In this document: positions 48,667-61,489 of the stretch, one piece after another | How the letters are laid out: every line of letters starts with the position of its first letter | Numbering within the stretch: the first letter of the stretch is position 1 | From: Octopus bimaculoides | Lineage: Eukaryota | DNA: 64,000 nucleotides | Assembly: GCF_001194135.2 (NCBI RefSeq) | Contig: NC_068986.1 | Location: forward strand, 70,644,550 to 70,708,549 | Direction: 5' to 3' | Position numbers and translations under genes: made by a program | Notes under the pieces: model-generated | What the model was told of the DNA's origin: nothing | Database searches by the model: none | What the model saw: only the letters and a program-made list of their open reading frames with translations

Positions 48667-48755
48667 ATTTCAATGAAATATAACATTTGATCACTTGTTT
48701 TCTTTATTAAAAATTCGGACAGAACTTATGGGATGACCTGATATATAGATGTGTG

Positions 48756-48798
<43 letters not shown>

Positions 48799-50664
48799 GT
48801 GTGTGTGTCTTTGTATCGGTGTTTGTTCCCCTCCCCACTACTGGTGTTGGTGTGTTTACATACCCGTTATGTAGCGGTTTGTCAAAGGAAACTGATAGAA
48901 AAAAAAGAAAAATACTGGGATCAATTTGTTTGACTAAAAATTCTTCAAGGCAATGCCCCAGCATAGCCACAGTTTAATGACTGAAACAAAAGAAAGAAGA
49001 TATATACACACACCTGTGTGAACAGGTGTGTGTATAGTTAAGGGAGATCCCAAGTAATGGCACTCTCTGGTATGACATTGGCCTACTTTTCATACCAGTC
49101 CTCCTGATGAGCTCTCTGATTGGGTTCTCCTACCTTCTGTACAGAACCAAGTGGGAAGATTGGTTGAATTGGCTCTGTAATACCATATTTTATTAATATT
49201 GATCTCCACTCTTGACATAAATTCGAGTGCCTGCTTTTTCTGATTTATGGATTTTTAGATAACTACAATATATAATATATTTCTTTTATCTCTTACTTGT
49301 TTCAGTCCGTAGACTGTGGCTTTGCTGGGGCACCACCTTGAAGAATTTTAGTCAAGTGACTCAACCCCAGTACTTTTTTTTATTTATAGCCTGCACCCAT
49401 ATATATACGATTATTATTCTTAAAAAATACATGTTTACCATGGAGTTCTGGTAATACATTTAGCTGCAGCATACCTACACATGTTCCAGAGTTAGCTGCA
49501 GTATACCTACACATATGTGCCCCAACGATTTTCTTTCCTCATAACTTTCAGAAAAACTTTCGGAATTTTTTCTCACAACCAATATTAATATAATTGGAAT
49601 CTACATCTGAAGTGTGTTTGTATATTATTTCAGTGAAACAAATATCCATTTTTCTGGAACTCATGAGTAAATAAAGTTGGTGGGGTACATTTGTGTATTT
49701 ATACCCATAGCTTTAACATAAGTAGTACTAAGATTATATTGTTATTATATATATCTACATATCGGCTTGCTTTGCTTCACTTTCATTTTGTATTTAACTA
49801 TTTAATTATCGGACTGCATCAACATCGTTTAACGTCCGCTTTCCATGCTGGCATGGGTTAGATGGTTTGACTGAGGACTGGCGAGCCAGATGGCTGCACC
49901 AGGCTCCAATCTGATCTGGCAGAGTTTCTACTGCTGGATGCCCTTCCTAATGCCAACCACTCCAAGAATGTAGTGAGTGCTTTTATGTGCCACCAGCACA
50001 GGGGCCATTCAGGCAGTTCTGGCGATGCCCATGCTCAAATGGTGCTTTTTATGTGCCACCGGCATGAGAGCCAGTCAGCAGCCCTGGCAACAATCACGCT
50101 AGGATGGTGCTTTTAACAATCCACTGGCACGGGTGCTGTCATCAGCCATGTCAGCAAATTTGATTGTTCAGTTTGCATCAAACTGGTCACAATAATGTGA
50201 ATGAGATGGGCTCAATTTTTTCACTACACATAAACCTAAATAGGATAACAGTATTTACAATGATAATTGTTTTCAATAATGAATACTAACTGCATTAAAA
50301 ATATATTGTTTTGTGCGTGTGTGTGTGTGTGTGTGTGGGTGCATGTATAAAATTTATTGGCAGTATTTAGGTAGTAATTATTCATTGCTTTATAAATGCA
50401 TGTTCTTTTGACATAATTGCATTTCATCACATTGCTATACATTACATTTTCCATTTTTTATGTTAGAGCTTATTCATGTTGCATATTTTTCTAGCATTCT
50501 TCCTACATGCATGACATGTATATACTTACACCTGTGCTACAGGAATATACGACACAATGATATCAAGCCACTGTAAAACATGTTATTTTGAAGATGGATT
50601 GTTAGCTTGAGTATATATACATAGAAAATATATAAAAATGAAGTTATATTTTGAATGCATTTAA

Positions 50665-50883
50665 CCCTTTAGCATTCAGATTACTCTGTCGAATGTAATG
50701 CTTATTTATTCACATTGCTTTTAATCATTCATGCATCATCTGATAGCTTTAAGATTTTGATGAAATGATGGTATATATTCAAAATGTCATTGTAGGATAG
50801 ATGTGAGAAACCATATCTGGCTAGTTTGAACATAAAAGGGTAAAATATTTGGGCCAGATATGGCTGATTTAAATACTAAAGGG
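50665..50883. mobile_element. piggyBac-type MITE
   Basis: TTAA|ccctttagcatt ... aatactaaaggg|TTAA: TTAA TSD with CCCT/AGGG termini, 219 bp. Confidence 0.85.
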
Positions 50884-51027
50884 TTAATATGTACGTATGT
50901 TTCAGTTAATTGCGCAATAGTAAAAAATATTTCATCTCTTATGCAAAATCTTTCTTGTCTTAACTGAGGAAGATTGTACATAGATGAAATTCCCTTTACA
51001 TAATTATCTGAAATGTATGTATTAAAT

Positions 51028-51074
<47 letters not shown>

Positions 51075-51077
<3 letters not shown>

Positions 51078-51230
51078 CAGGCTTCTTTCATTTTCTGTTT
51101 ACCAAATCCTCTCAAGGCTTTGGTTGGTTCAAGACTATAGTAGAAGACACTTCCCCAAATTACCATGCAGTGGGATTGAACCCAGAATTATGCAGTTGGG
51201 AAGCAAACCTCTTGCCACACCTGCACCTAG
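51075..51230 (-). mobile_element. tRNA-derived SINE, family A
   Basis: Reverse complement of the family head next to (TA)n. Confidence 0.7.
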
Positions 51231-52615
51231 TTGATATTATTGGAATTATGTCTTTTATTTACTGTTAGATTTTAAACAATCCAAGAGGGAGTTTTTGTTT
51301 TTTAACTTTAAGGATAATGTAGTTAAAGATTTATCAGCTTGCTGTATATGTGTCCTTATAGTGTGGAACACTTTCAAGGTATTTTCCCTCAGCTGATATT
51401 CATTAGATTGTATATCTTTTTGTTAGTTGTACATTTTGTCTGTCAGTCTGTGTACGTCCATTTAATCAAAGCAAAGAAAACAATCATCTACATTTATGCC
51501 AATTTTGCCTGAAGTGGGCTTCAGACTAAAACAGTAAAACATGATATAATCCTGCTAGCTGAGTAAGCTGTAAGATGCACTGGGAAAATAGCATTGCAGC
51601 TGTCATTTATGTTTTATATAAGAAGATAGCACTTCAGCTGTTATTTATATACTAAGCACCCTTGAATAAGCTTTGCAATTTCTTTCCTGAAAATTATAAA
51701 TGTCATTGATGCTTTTACACTAAAAATTAAAGGGGGAGGGGACAGGGTTGTTGGTGCAATTGGTAGGGAGCCAAATTAATTATAAACTATCTAATTATAT
51801 TTGAGTCAGTAAGATCTTAACATTATAGAAATATGCTAAGGTTGATTAAAGTGACCAATCTTCTGTGTTCATAGCTTAGCATTGGGTACTATGTGTGAAG
51901 TTTATACCTAATCCTTTACTGCATGTTGATCAGTACCAGGGTCTTTTTTTTTTTACTTTCTAACGTCTTAGCTTTGTTTTCTTTGAGGCCTTTCAGTTTT
52001 AGGTTTTATTTTCATACCTGAACTGTTTTTTTCCATTTCAGTATAAATTCAGCTATGAGAACTAGACTATTGGCATATGGAAGTTCCTACAGACACCTTG
52101 TCTTAAGCTTTTCTATAATGGTCTGTCAGATTATGATGAATAGTTCTATAAGCCATCTCAGAGACATTTAAGACCAGCTGTCCATAGGAACTTCTAGACA
52201 GAAATCACAAATATATATAAGATTTCAGTAGTAGTATGCTCTTGTTTATCATGTCAACTTTTACAGGAAAATTTTCTAAATTTCTAAAAATCAAGTTAAT
52301 ATCAATTTCTATCATCATTTATAGTAATAGGTAACTATTATTATGTTCAAGGGAACCTAATAGTAAAATTATAAATTATAGTGAAAGACATAACATTGTA
52401 ACTGAATATTTCTCTATTGAACACATTCACTAACATCTACTGCAATTTAATCAGTAGTATCTTGTTAAAACATCACAAATGTCTATATGTATCACTTACA
52501 TGCCAGTGATAAGATATTTATAATTCATGACTGAAGTCTGTTATAACACAAAGCTGTAATACTATCACGAAAATATATACATATACACACACATGTATGT
52601 ACATACACACGTTAA

Positions 52616-52801
<186 letters not shown>

Positions 52802-53019
52802 TAATTTTACTTATATTCCATTTGCTGCTAACCCTATTTTTGTATTTGTTCTGTACTGGTTCTTTAACCATTGGAAAGAGAATGAAATTGTAAAAATACT
52901 TGAAGTCAGTAGTTTTACAATCAAATTCAATAATTGAAATCTTCAAACAAATTTTTTTATATGTCCTACTGATTTGAAAAGATAAATGTAAAATACTTGC
53001 TCAATTATTGTTTTCATAG

Positions 53020-53420
53020 GCACTGACATGGCTGTGTGGTAAGAAGTTTCCTTCTCAACTACATTTCCAGGTTCAGTCACACTGTGTGGTGCCTTGAGGA
53101 AGTGTTTTCTATTTGTAGCCCCAGGTCATCCAAAGTGTTAGTGGATTCGGTCAACAAGAGTTGAGAGAAGCCCGTTGTATGTATATGTATGTGTCATGTA
53201 CTCTCCTTGCTAAAACATGTCATAGTTGTAAGAGTATCACCTTGTGCAAATGATGTTCTTCATTCCCCATCTTTCTTGAAAACATGTCTAGCTATGGGGA
53301 AATATTACCTTCCTTGGAAATAGGTGAGGGTTGACAAAAGCAAAATCTCTCCCAACAAAATTCCATATGAGAATTCCATATGACTTTTGAGCATAGAAAA
53401 ACGGCCATTAAAACAATGAC
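53020..53420 (+). mobile_element. SINE family A variant
   Basis: ggctgtgtggtaagaagtttcc... head with the tail shared with 31100-31480. Confidence 0.7.
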
Positions 53421-53599
53421 AAATTCATGTTGGGCCAAGTGTTGATAAAAACAAAAGAAATAGAGTACTGATTTATCTTTCATAACATTTCAGAGAAGCT
53501 ACAATTCTGCTTACAATGTTTTAAACACCTTAATGAAAAACTCATAACAGAATTATTGTTTTGTTGCTAAAGGAAAGCAGAGTTGTCATGAAATAACAA

Positions 53600-53920
53600 T
53601 TTGATGCTTAGTGTCGTAGAGTTATCTAGAAAATAAGAAAATAATGCTTTATAAAGGCTCTTGAACAGTAAATGATGATGATTATGAAATAGATTTTGAA
53701 ATGAAACCTGTTCAAAACTTGTGGAGTTGCAGAAATTTGAATATTTGTAATCTTGCATAATTAGTGGAAGATGGGCTACTTTACGATTTGTTTCAGAATT
53801 TGTATTTGTTTGGTAGATGTACTTGCAAATTTGTGAGCAGTATTCTAGTGTAGGAATATTGTTCGTTTTATAGGTCAGCAGCAAAAATATCTGGTCCTGA
53901 AGATGAATTCCAGTGTTTGT
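53600..53920 (-). mobile_element. CR1/L2-type LINE 3' relic
   Basis: LLTYKTNNIPTLEYCSQI resembles the LYK..VRP.LEYCS.IW motif. Confidence 0.5.
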
Positions 53921-54408
53921 GACATTGTCTTTGCTGTGTTGTATATATGTTGGTCACCACGGATAGATATTGTAAAGTTCCTAAATTGTGAGAATATATT
54001 TTTATGGTTAGGTTCAATCAGTTTTATTTTTGCTATTTATGCAGTAATTTTGTACAACTAATTTTGAAATCTTTCAGAAAGCTATAAATGTTCATACTGT
54101 GTTAGGCAAGTAATAAAAAGAAAGGGAAGGAATTTGAAACCAGTTATACCAGTTTTGGTTCATATTTACTCAAAACTTTGAGACTAAGTACAAGGCATTT
54201 GTCTAATGGTATCTGTTCAGTTAACTGTGTTGTTCCATTACAAGTTTGTATTTTTGTACTAGTGTAAAAATGTTGGCTTTATAATTGGTGTTTATATAAC
54301 ACCCTATATTATTAAATTATAAAACATTTTTTATATATTCTTGACTATATGAACATTTTCATCAAAACTTGACATGGGAAATTAAAACAACTTTTATTTT
54401 TATCACAG

Positions 54409-54490
54409 CTATTGGTTTTAATGTGGAGACTGTTCAGTATAAAAATCTGAAGTTCCAAGTGTGGGATCTTGGTGGCCAAACAAGTATTAG
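54409..54490 (+). CDS. ARL1: ADP-ribosylation factor-like 1, coding exon 3
   Basis: tatcacag|CT ATT GGT ... AGT ATT AG|gtaagt = (T)[26 protein letters not shown](R), covering switch I/II (82 nt). Confidence 0.97.
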
Positions 54491-54584
54491 GTAAGTAATG
54501 TATGTCAGTTTTTAATATCTTTTTCCCTTTAAATGGTAAAGTATAGAAAGTATATATACAAAAAAATTTTCTATGACATATAAG

Positions 54585-54870
54585 ATGCATGGCTCAGTGG
54601 TTAGAGCATTGAGTTTACAATTGTGTCACTATGAGTTTGATTCCCAGATCAGGCTGTGTGTTGTGTTCTTGAGCAAAACACCTTTTCACGTTGTTCTGGT
54701 TCACTCCGCTGTAAAAATGGATTGCAATGTCATTGGTCCGAAGGTGTATTGGCCTTTGTCATTCTCTTGGACAACATCGGCAGCATGGAGAAAGGAGACT
54801 TGTATGCATGGGCGACTGCTGCTCTCCTACAAAACAACTTTGTTTTTTCATTTAAGTATGACGGCTTAAC
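54585..54870 (+). mobile_element. tRNA-derived SINE
   Basis: tggctcagtggttagagcattg...gagtttgattcccag A/B-box head with a non-tRNA body. Confidence 0.6.
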
Positions 54871-54959
54871 CAAGGCGATACTTGTTAGCCTAAGGCTATA
54901 GGGAAACTGTCATTAAGGACAATTGTTTCTTTAATGTATTGGTCATATGAGGTGAGCAG

Positions 54960-55804
54960 TACAAAATTTTAAAATCATGGATTGGATTTAACCTCCAAGG
55001 CTTTGTGAACTGGGAAATTTATTGCAGACGTGTGCCGAATATTTCTTGAAAAATCCTCTTTAATTGGGTGGAGAAGGAATGTATGTAGAAATAGATGAAT
55101 CAGCTTTTGTCTGATGAAAGTTTCATGTTGGTCACCAAGTGAAAACTCAATGGGTATTCAGTGGTATTGAATTAGGGCAAGGAGGAAAGTGCTTTTTGGT
55201 TGCAGTTCCAGACAGATCAGCTGAAACATTATTACCAAATAATTCAATATATATGCCCTGGAACAACAATAATATCCGATTTATGGAAGGCTTATAACAC
55301 CATTGCAAGCCTTGGTTACAATCACCTCACTGTCAATCACTCAGTTAATTACATCGATCCTATTTCACATGCTTCAACCAATTATGTAGAGGCAATGTGG
55401 AACAGTGCTAAAAGATGGAATAATAAAAAAATTGGAACAGTAAGGACATGTCTTAATAGTTACTTACTTGAATTCATATGGTGATATCAATTTAATGATG
55501 GTCGGTTCCAGAATCTTTTGATTGGTGTGAAAGATGTTTATAATCCATAATTTTTTTAAAATAAAATGTTTTGTTAGTATTTTTGTTTTAATTTTCATTT
55601 CTTATTAAATATATTTTAGCTGTCATGCTTAAACGAAAAATATTTCAGCTGTCACGCAAAACTTCCTGTGTACATGTGTGTATATTTAATCAGCTGTCAC
55701 GCAAAATCTTCTGTGTACATGTATGCATGCTGAAACAAAAAAGCAAGCTGTCCTGCTTAAACGAAACAAAAAAGCAAGCTGTCACAGTTAAATGAAAAAG
55801 TGCC
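54960..55804 (+). mobile_element. Merlin (IS1595/ISXO2-like) DNA transposon relic
   Basis: Broken frames give IGGEGMYVEIDES, QWVFSGIE, FLVAVPDRSAETLL, ICPGTTIISDLWKAY, HLTVNHSVNYIDP, STNYVEAMW and SYLLEFIW. The right end reads ...gtgcc (GGCAC on the minus strand). Confidence 0.85.
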
Positions 55805-58149
55805 TGAAAATTATTTATACAAAATAATTTAATCATTCCAAACATTTTTTTTTTCTAAACAAAACAATGTGCATGGCCAGCAGAATAACTTATTAAGCAT
55901 AGCACTACCAGCTAACCATTTTTTCTTTTCATACAAATTAACCTGAAATTGTCTCGTGAATTTCTTATGGTTTCGCAAATCAGGTAATTTCGGTGTTCAT
56001 GGATCACGAATTATAATTGCTTCCCTTTAATGTCTTTTTTTTTTAAAAACTATTTTTCAAAATTTTTTCTAGGACACATATTTAAGTCATTTGGACAAAT
56101 ATTTCGAAAATTCTAGAGATCTTATGAAAGTAATAGTGCACATGTGAGTGTGTGTGTGAATTGTAAATCAGTTTCAACAAAATGAAATGATAATTTTAGT
56201 AAATTAATGAAGGATTAATTAACTATTTCTGAAATCAGAAATATATAGATTATATTTCTGATTTCAGAATTTTTGAAAATTTGTTCATACAAAAGGATGG
56301 TTAATGATAATAACTTTCAAAACTTACGACAGAGCGAAATAGATATTCCAAACATTTGGGCTCACTAATTAAGAATTATGGAATTGTTGATATATTTTGG
56401 TCAGAGTTTTTACGGGTCAAAAAGTCAAACCCTATTAGTGACATCAGTTACAAAGAATTGTTGACAAAGACAAACTGATAGAAAGGGAAGGGAGAGTAAA
56501 GCTAACATTTGCTTTCATCAAAGCATGACTTCCACAGTTATTTTGTCATGGTAAGAATCTTATAGGCATTGACTTTACATATAGGCAGAAGAGAAATGAT
56601 AGTCATTGAAAGATAGGAGGGTGGGGGACAAAAGATTTCATGTTTGATTTTCTTTAAGCATGCCTTGAGGAAGCAAAATGGGAATACAGCAAAGTATGTT
56701 TGGACAGGTTTCCTTTGAAACAAAGTAACTATTTTAGCTCAGTTTCCATTGATTTGGACAACTTTTCAATGTCTTTATAAATAAATTACATTCCTAAATT
56801 AATTTTTGAGTCATATAAAAAATCAACAGGCATGAAGTGCATGACTACCATGTCTTGACTGCACGCCACTGACATATATATATGTTTCATTGTTTAATGT
56901 TCACCTTCCATGTTGGGTGGTTTGTCAAGCAGAAAACTGCACCAGACTTGTCTGTTTTGGCATGGTTTTTACAGCTGGATGCCCTTCCAAATACCAACCA
57001 TTTTACAGTTTGGACTGGATGCATTTTGCATGGCACTGGCACTGACAGGGTTACCAAGTAACTTGCAAGACAAGGAATCTTTGAGAGGGGAGGAGGCATT
57101 GGAAGAGGTGATCTTGAGTCAGGTAATGAAAGGTTAGAGTGTGACATACTCCTTTACTCTACATAGTCTAAGGACTGTAGCCAAACTGGAATAGATACAT
57201 TGTATCCCTGCATGCTGTAAGAAGAGATTAAGAGTTTGTATGAGAAGGGCATCTGTCTGTAAAACACTCTATGTTTGTTCAACACATACCAGCATGGAAA
57301 GGGAAACATTAAAAACAGTGAGGTTTAGCTACAAAATCTTGATTTCTTCATTATTGTTTCCTTGTGACTTCTATAATATTACTTATACAGTTTTTTTTTT
57401 TTTTTTTTTTTTTTTTGTAATTTTCTTTATCACTTCTCTATTGCCCCAAGCTAAAATTCTATTATTAAAATGTGCTGAGTCAGTTTTAATGTTTACATTA
57501 AATTGTGCAGAGAGGATCTTTCGGCACATGTCAATATTTTAGGAACTTTACTAAATTAATGAGTTCTTTCAATTTCATTTTATAAGAAGAAAAACAAACA
57601 AACAAAAAAATGATGTCTCAACACGACAAGGAAGTTACATGTAGGTACTGTGATAGTGAATTCAGTGAGATAACCAGAAAATAATAAAATATTTTTTGAA
57701 TATCTTGTGCCAGTGTCACACTCAGGCTAGTGTCACATTAAAAGCACTCAACACATACTGTGAAGTGGTTGGCATTATGAACAGCATCCAGCTGTAGAAA
57801 CCAAGCCAGATCAGACTGGAATCTGCTGCAGCTGTCTTGCTTGCCAACTCTGGTCAAATCATCTAACCCATGCCAGCATGGAAAATGGACATGAAAGGAT
57901 GTTGATGATGATGATTTTGCAAAGAAAGATAGAACTGAGAAGAAAGATAAGTATAAATGGTTGGGTAGGCTCTATTAATCCTTTAGTATTCACTTGTCTC
58001 TCATTAATCTGCTTCTTTGAATCTTTCTAAATAATTTTAAGGTTAAGGCATGACTCAACTTCTGAAGGGCAGTATTTTACAATCTTTACATCTGTCATGT
58101 TTTATGCCTATAATTTATATTTGTTGAGCTAGAACAGTTATGAGTACCT

Positions 58150-58440
58150 TGTGGCACACCTAGCAAGAAATTACTTTTAATCTCTGTACTAGTGCAGCCT
58201 GTCTGATGATGATCAATATCTCATATGGTCCACTTCTTTGAAAAGATTGACTATGCTTTATCCAGAGAATGTCTTTAACAGAATTTTATGCATTGTAATC
58301 TTGTGGACTAAAGAGGTTAGCTACATACGAATGCCTTACTGTTATTCTTCTTGTGGCTCTTACACAAGTTTTCAGAACTCTTTTGGGAGATGAGGACTGT
58401 TATATGCTGATGACCTGAATCTTACCGTAGAAGGTGTTAC
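58150..58440 (+). mobile_element. RTE RT relic
   Basis: ctgttatatgctgatgacctg = LLYADDL in otherwise degenerate sequence. Confidence 0.5.
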
Positions 58441-58448
58441 ATAATTGC

Positions 58449-58492
<44 letters not shown>

Positions 58493-59257
58493 TTGACAAC
58501 TACCAGTTCCTCCCCACCAAAATTAGTGCAGTTTTCCCCTCTCTCCTTTCTTAATGAAAAGACAAAATAACTTGCATCCATATAATTTTTTATTTTGTAT
58601 GGTGTTGAACAAGTTCAAAAAGTTTCCAACCATCTTAATTTGATTAAATACAGCAGTTTATTCACACCATTTTCAATCTTTTAGCTGTCCCACTACAGAG
58701 CATGTTCACCCTATTATGAAGAAACACTGGCCTAAAAGATTATCTAATTGATTGTCAAATATTCAATCATGTACATGCTGTAACTCCTTAGCTGTCACTT
58801 GCCATTGAGTATGACTTAGTAGCAGAAGGAAAAGTTATATTATTTTTGACATGGTGAAGGGAACTGCAACAACGAAGTTTTGTTATTTTGTGGGATTGCA
58901 AACCAAACGTATTTACACATTTTGCAGAATATTGTTGATAATCTGGTCCTGGTGAATTAGATCTTTCTTTTTCTCTCTGTTTTTTCTTATTTAGTGTGAT
59001 CCTGTGACAGTAACAATTTATAAATACCACATATACAAATGCTCATAGTGCATGTAACTTATTAGAAAAAATACATTTTCACTTTGTCATAGTTTACATT
59101 CAAAAAGTATAAAAATTGTATTTAAAATTATTCTCCGTGTTGACTTTATATTATGGAAGTTCACTCACACACCCTCATCCTCTCTGTCTGTCTGTCTCTC
59201 TTTCTCGTTCACACACTAGGTATTGATGGTTGTTTTAGAAAAAAATAGTGATCTGTT

Positions 59258-59644
59258 GTTGTTGTTGACACTCCGTCACTTACGATGTTGAGGGTTCCAG
59301 TTGATCCGATGAAAGGAACAGCCTGCTCGTGAAATTAACGTGCAAGTGGCTGAGCACTCCACAGACACATGTACCCTTAATGTAGTTCTTGGGGATATTC
59401 AGCGTGACACAGTGTGACAAGGCTGACCCTTTGAATTACAGGCACAACAGAAACCGGAAGTAAGAATGAGAGAAAGTTGTGGTGAAAGAGTACAGCAGGG
59501 TTCACCACCATCCCCTGCCGGAGCCTCGTGGAACTTTAGGTGTTTTTGCTCAATAAACACACACAACGCTCGGTCTGGGAATCGAAACCGGGATCTTACG
59601 ACCGCGAGTCCACTGCTCTAACCACTGGGCCATTGTGCCTCCAC
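59258..59644 (-). mobile_element. tRNA-derived SINE, family C, full length with TSD
   Basis: 10-bp direct repeat agtgatctgt at 59248-59257 and 59645-59654, with a (CAA)n tail on the minus strand and a tRNA-like head. Confidence 0.9.
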
Positions 59645-60036
59645 AGTGATCTGTAAGAATATATAACTCTGATATTGATAAAGAAACAATGAAACCAGGA
59701 ATAAACCTTATCTTTTGAGTCAATGAAACAAATAAATGTTTAAACATTTACTTATTTCACTTATTAAACATCAGTATTGTAGATTTCTGTTTTTGTTCCA
59801 TGATTTTAATTCATAAAGGTGGCCTCATAAAAATGACATTTGTTATAAATGCAAATATACATGTAAAAATAATTGCAAATTAGCAAATCTTTTCAAATTT
59901 CTAATTGAAATATCCATAAATAAATGCAAAAAAATAATAACAGTAATTGTTTTGACAAATGTTTTTAGAAGCTATGAAGAATTTATAAAGTATTTAAAAA
60001 AAAATTTTCTAACATTTTAATTTTTATTTTTTGCAG

Positions 60037-60148
60037 ACCATACTGGAGATGTTATTATTCCAACACTGATGCAGTCATTTTTGTTGTTGACAGTATGGAC
60101 AGAGAACGAATAGAAATATCAAAACGAGAGTTAATGTCTATGCTTGAG
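60037..60148 (+). CDS. ARL1: ADP-ribosylation factor-like 1, coding exon 4
   Basis: ttttgcag|A CCA TAC TGG ... ATG CTT GAG|gtaaaa = (R)[37 protein letters not shown] (112 nt). Downstream exons were not found before 64000. Confidence 0.97.
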
Positions 60149-61489
60149 GTAAAAATTTGAGCTGTTTCCTATTGTATTATCAAGGTATTTTGTAATTATT
60201 ATTTTGCCATTCACAGAGCTGAGACCTGGTGAAGAAGCATTTGTTCACAGTTTGGTATCTTTTTTTTAGTTATAATTTTTGGTTTTTCATGTGAAGTAAG
60301 TTTGTAATAGTTTGCACTTGTTTTTTTTTTAATTAAATGCTTGAAAGTGGTGTCACCACTATTAATGACCAAATTCTTAAACACATTTTTATGAGAACAA
60401 CTGTTATTAAGTAATTCAAATCAGTCCAGTTGAAATCAACATAGGATGCACAATTCCAGACCTTAGATTGTAAACAATGCAAAACACTAGCATGTCAAAT
60501 ATGCTATGCTTCAGTATTGTGTGGGTTCATAGTATTCATTGCATATATACTTGTTGATGTATCCAATGTTCTAACAGAACAGTTTTTCTTAACTTTTTTT
60601 GCTTATGGACCCCGTTGGTTCTCATTTTACTTTACTGGACCCCCTTTGTCATTTGATGTTTAAAAAATCCTAAGGAATTGCATAAAACAATATGAACAAT
60701 TTATTGCACATAAATTCGAACAACAAAATCTTATATTGACTCTGGTTGAAAACCACTCTTATAGAAAATGCAAATTCAGCAGAGTTATTCCTTTTATGCG
60801 TAGTTTTTTTCACAGCACATTTATAGTGTGTAACGGTTATATATAATTGTTAATGTTGTGCTTCATTTGCGATATTGATAGATTAAAGTTCAATTCTCAG
60901 TTGTTACCAAGTGTGTAATGGATTTGATTTAAAGGCGTTCATGGAATAAATGACAAAAGAAAGATAATAGTTGAAATGCCCTTTATTTTACTGTTACAAT
61001 ATGTTGTATGCAGATTAGTTGAATTTCAGTTGTCCATTTTTTATAAGTAGTTTTGTTCATCTGCATGGCTACTAGGGGATGGAAGGAAAAAGAAGGAAGA
61101 TTAAGAGAATTTAACTCTCTTGATTGACAAGAAGAGAGGGTAAAAGTTGTATAGCCCCTCCGGCAATAAGCTGGAGGTGTTCTCAGTGCCAGGTGAAAGA
61201 CAGAGATGCTCTTTGGGTAAGATGTCAAGTGAAAGAGGAAAGACTGAATTTGAATTTCAGTCCTGTTATATTTTCCTGCCTAAATTAGGTCAGGCTAAAC
61301 TAAGGATTTTTTATCTGTAATCTGGTCACCTTGGTATTTTCAGGAAACACTAGGACCTATCTAAATATGACAATTAACTTTCATAAATTTCTTAGTACAA
61401 ATACTTAGAACAATAGAAAGGGACTTGAAGAAAAATCTAGACTCGGTTTCAAATCTAGGAAGCAATTCGCTCACTTATTGCACATATAA

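Larger units (their letters stand above)
47493..48741 (+). mobile_element. Mariner transposon (mellifera-like), apparently full length, inside a family A SINE in ARL1 intron 1
   Basis: TA TSDs at 47491-92 and 48742-43. TIRs tcaggtcatcccataagtt(g/c)tgtccg match at 25 of the first 26 bases. Confidence 0.9.

Noticed and set aside
49003-49036. 15-bp perfect hairpin
   Set aside because: Mostly (CA)n/(TG)n microsatellite at a SINE tail.
49104-49130. CTGATGAG hammerhead-core-like text
   Set aside because: No following GAAA core or stems; other CTGATGA hits in the window also fail.
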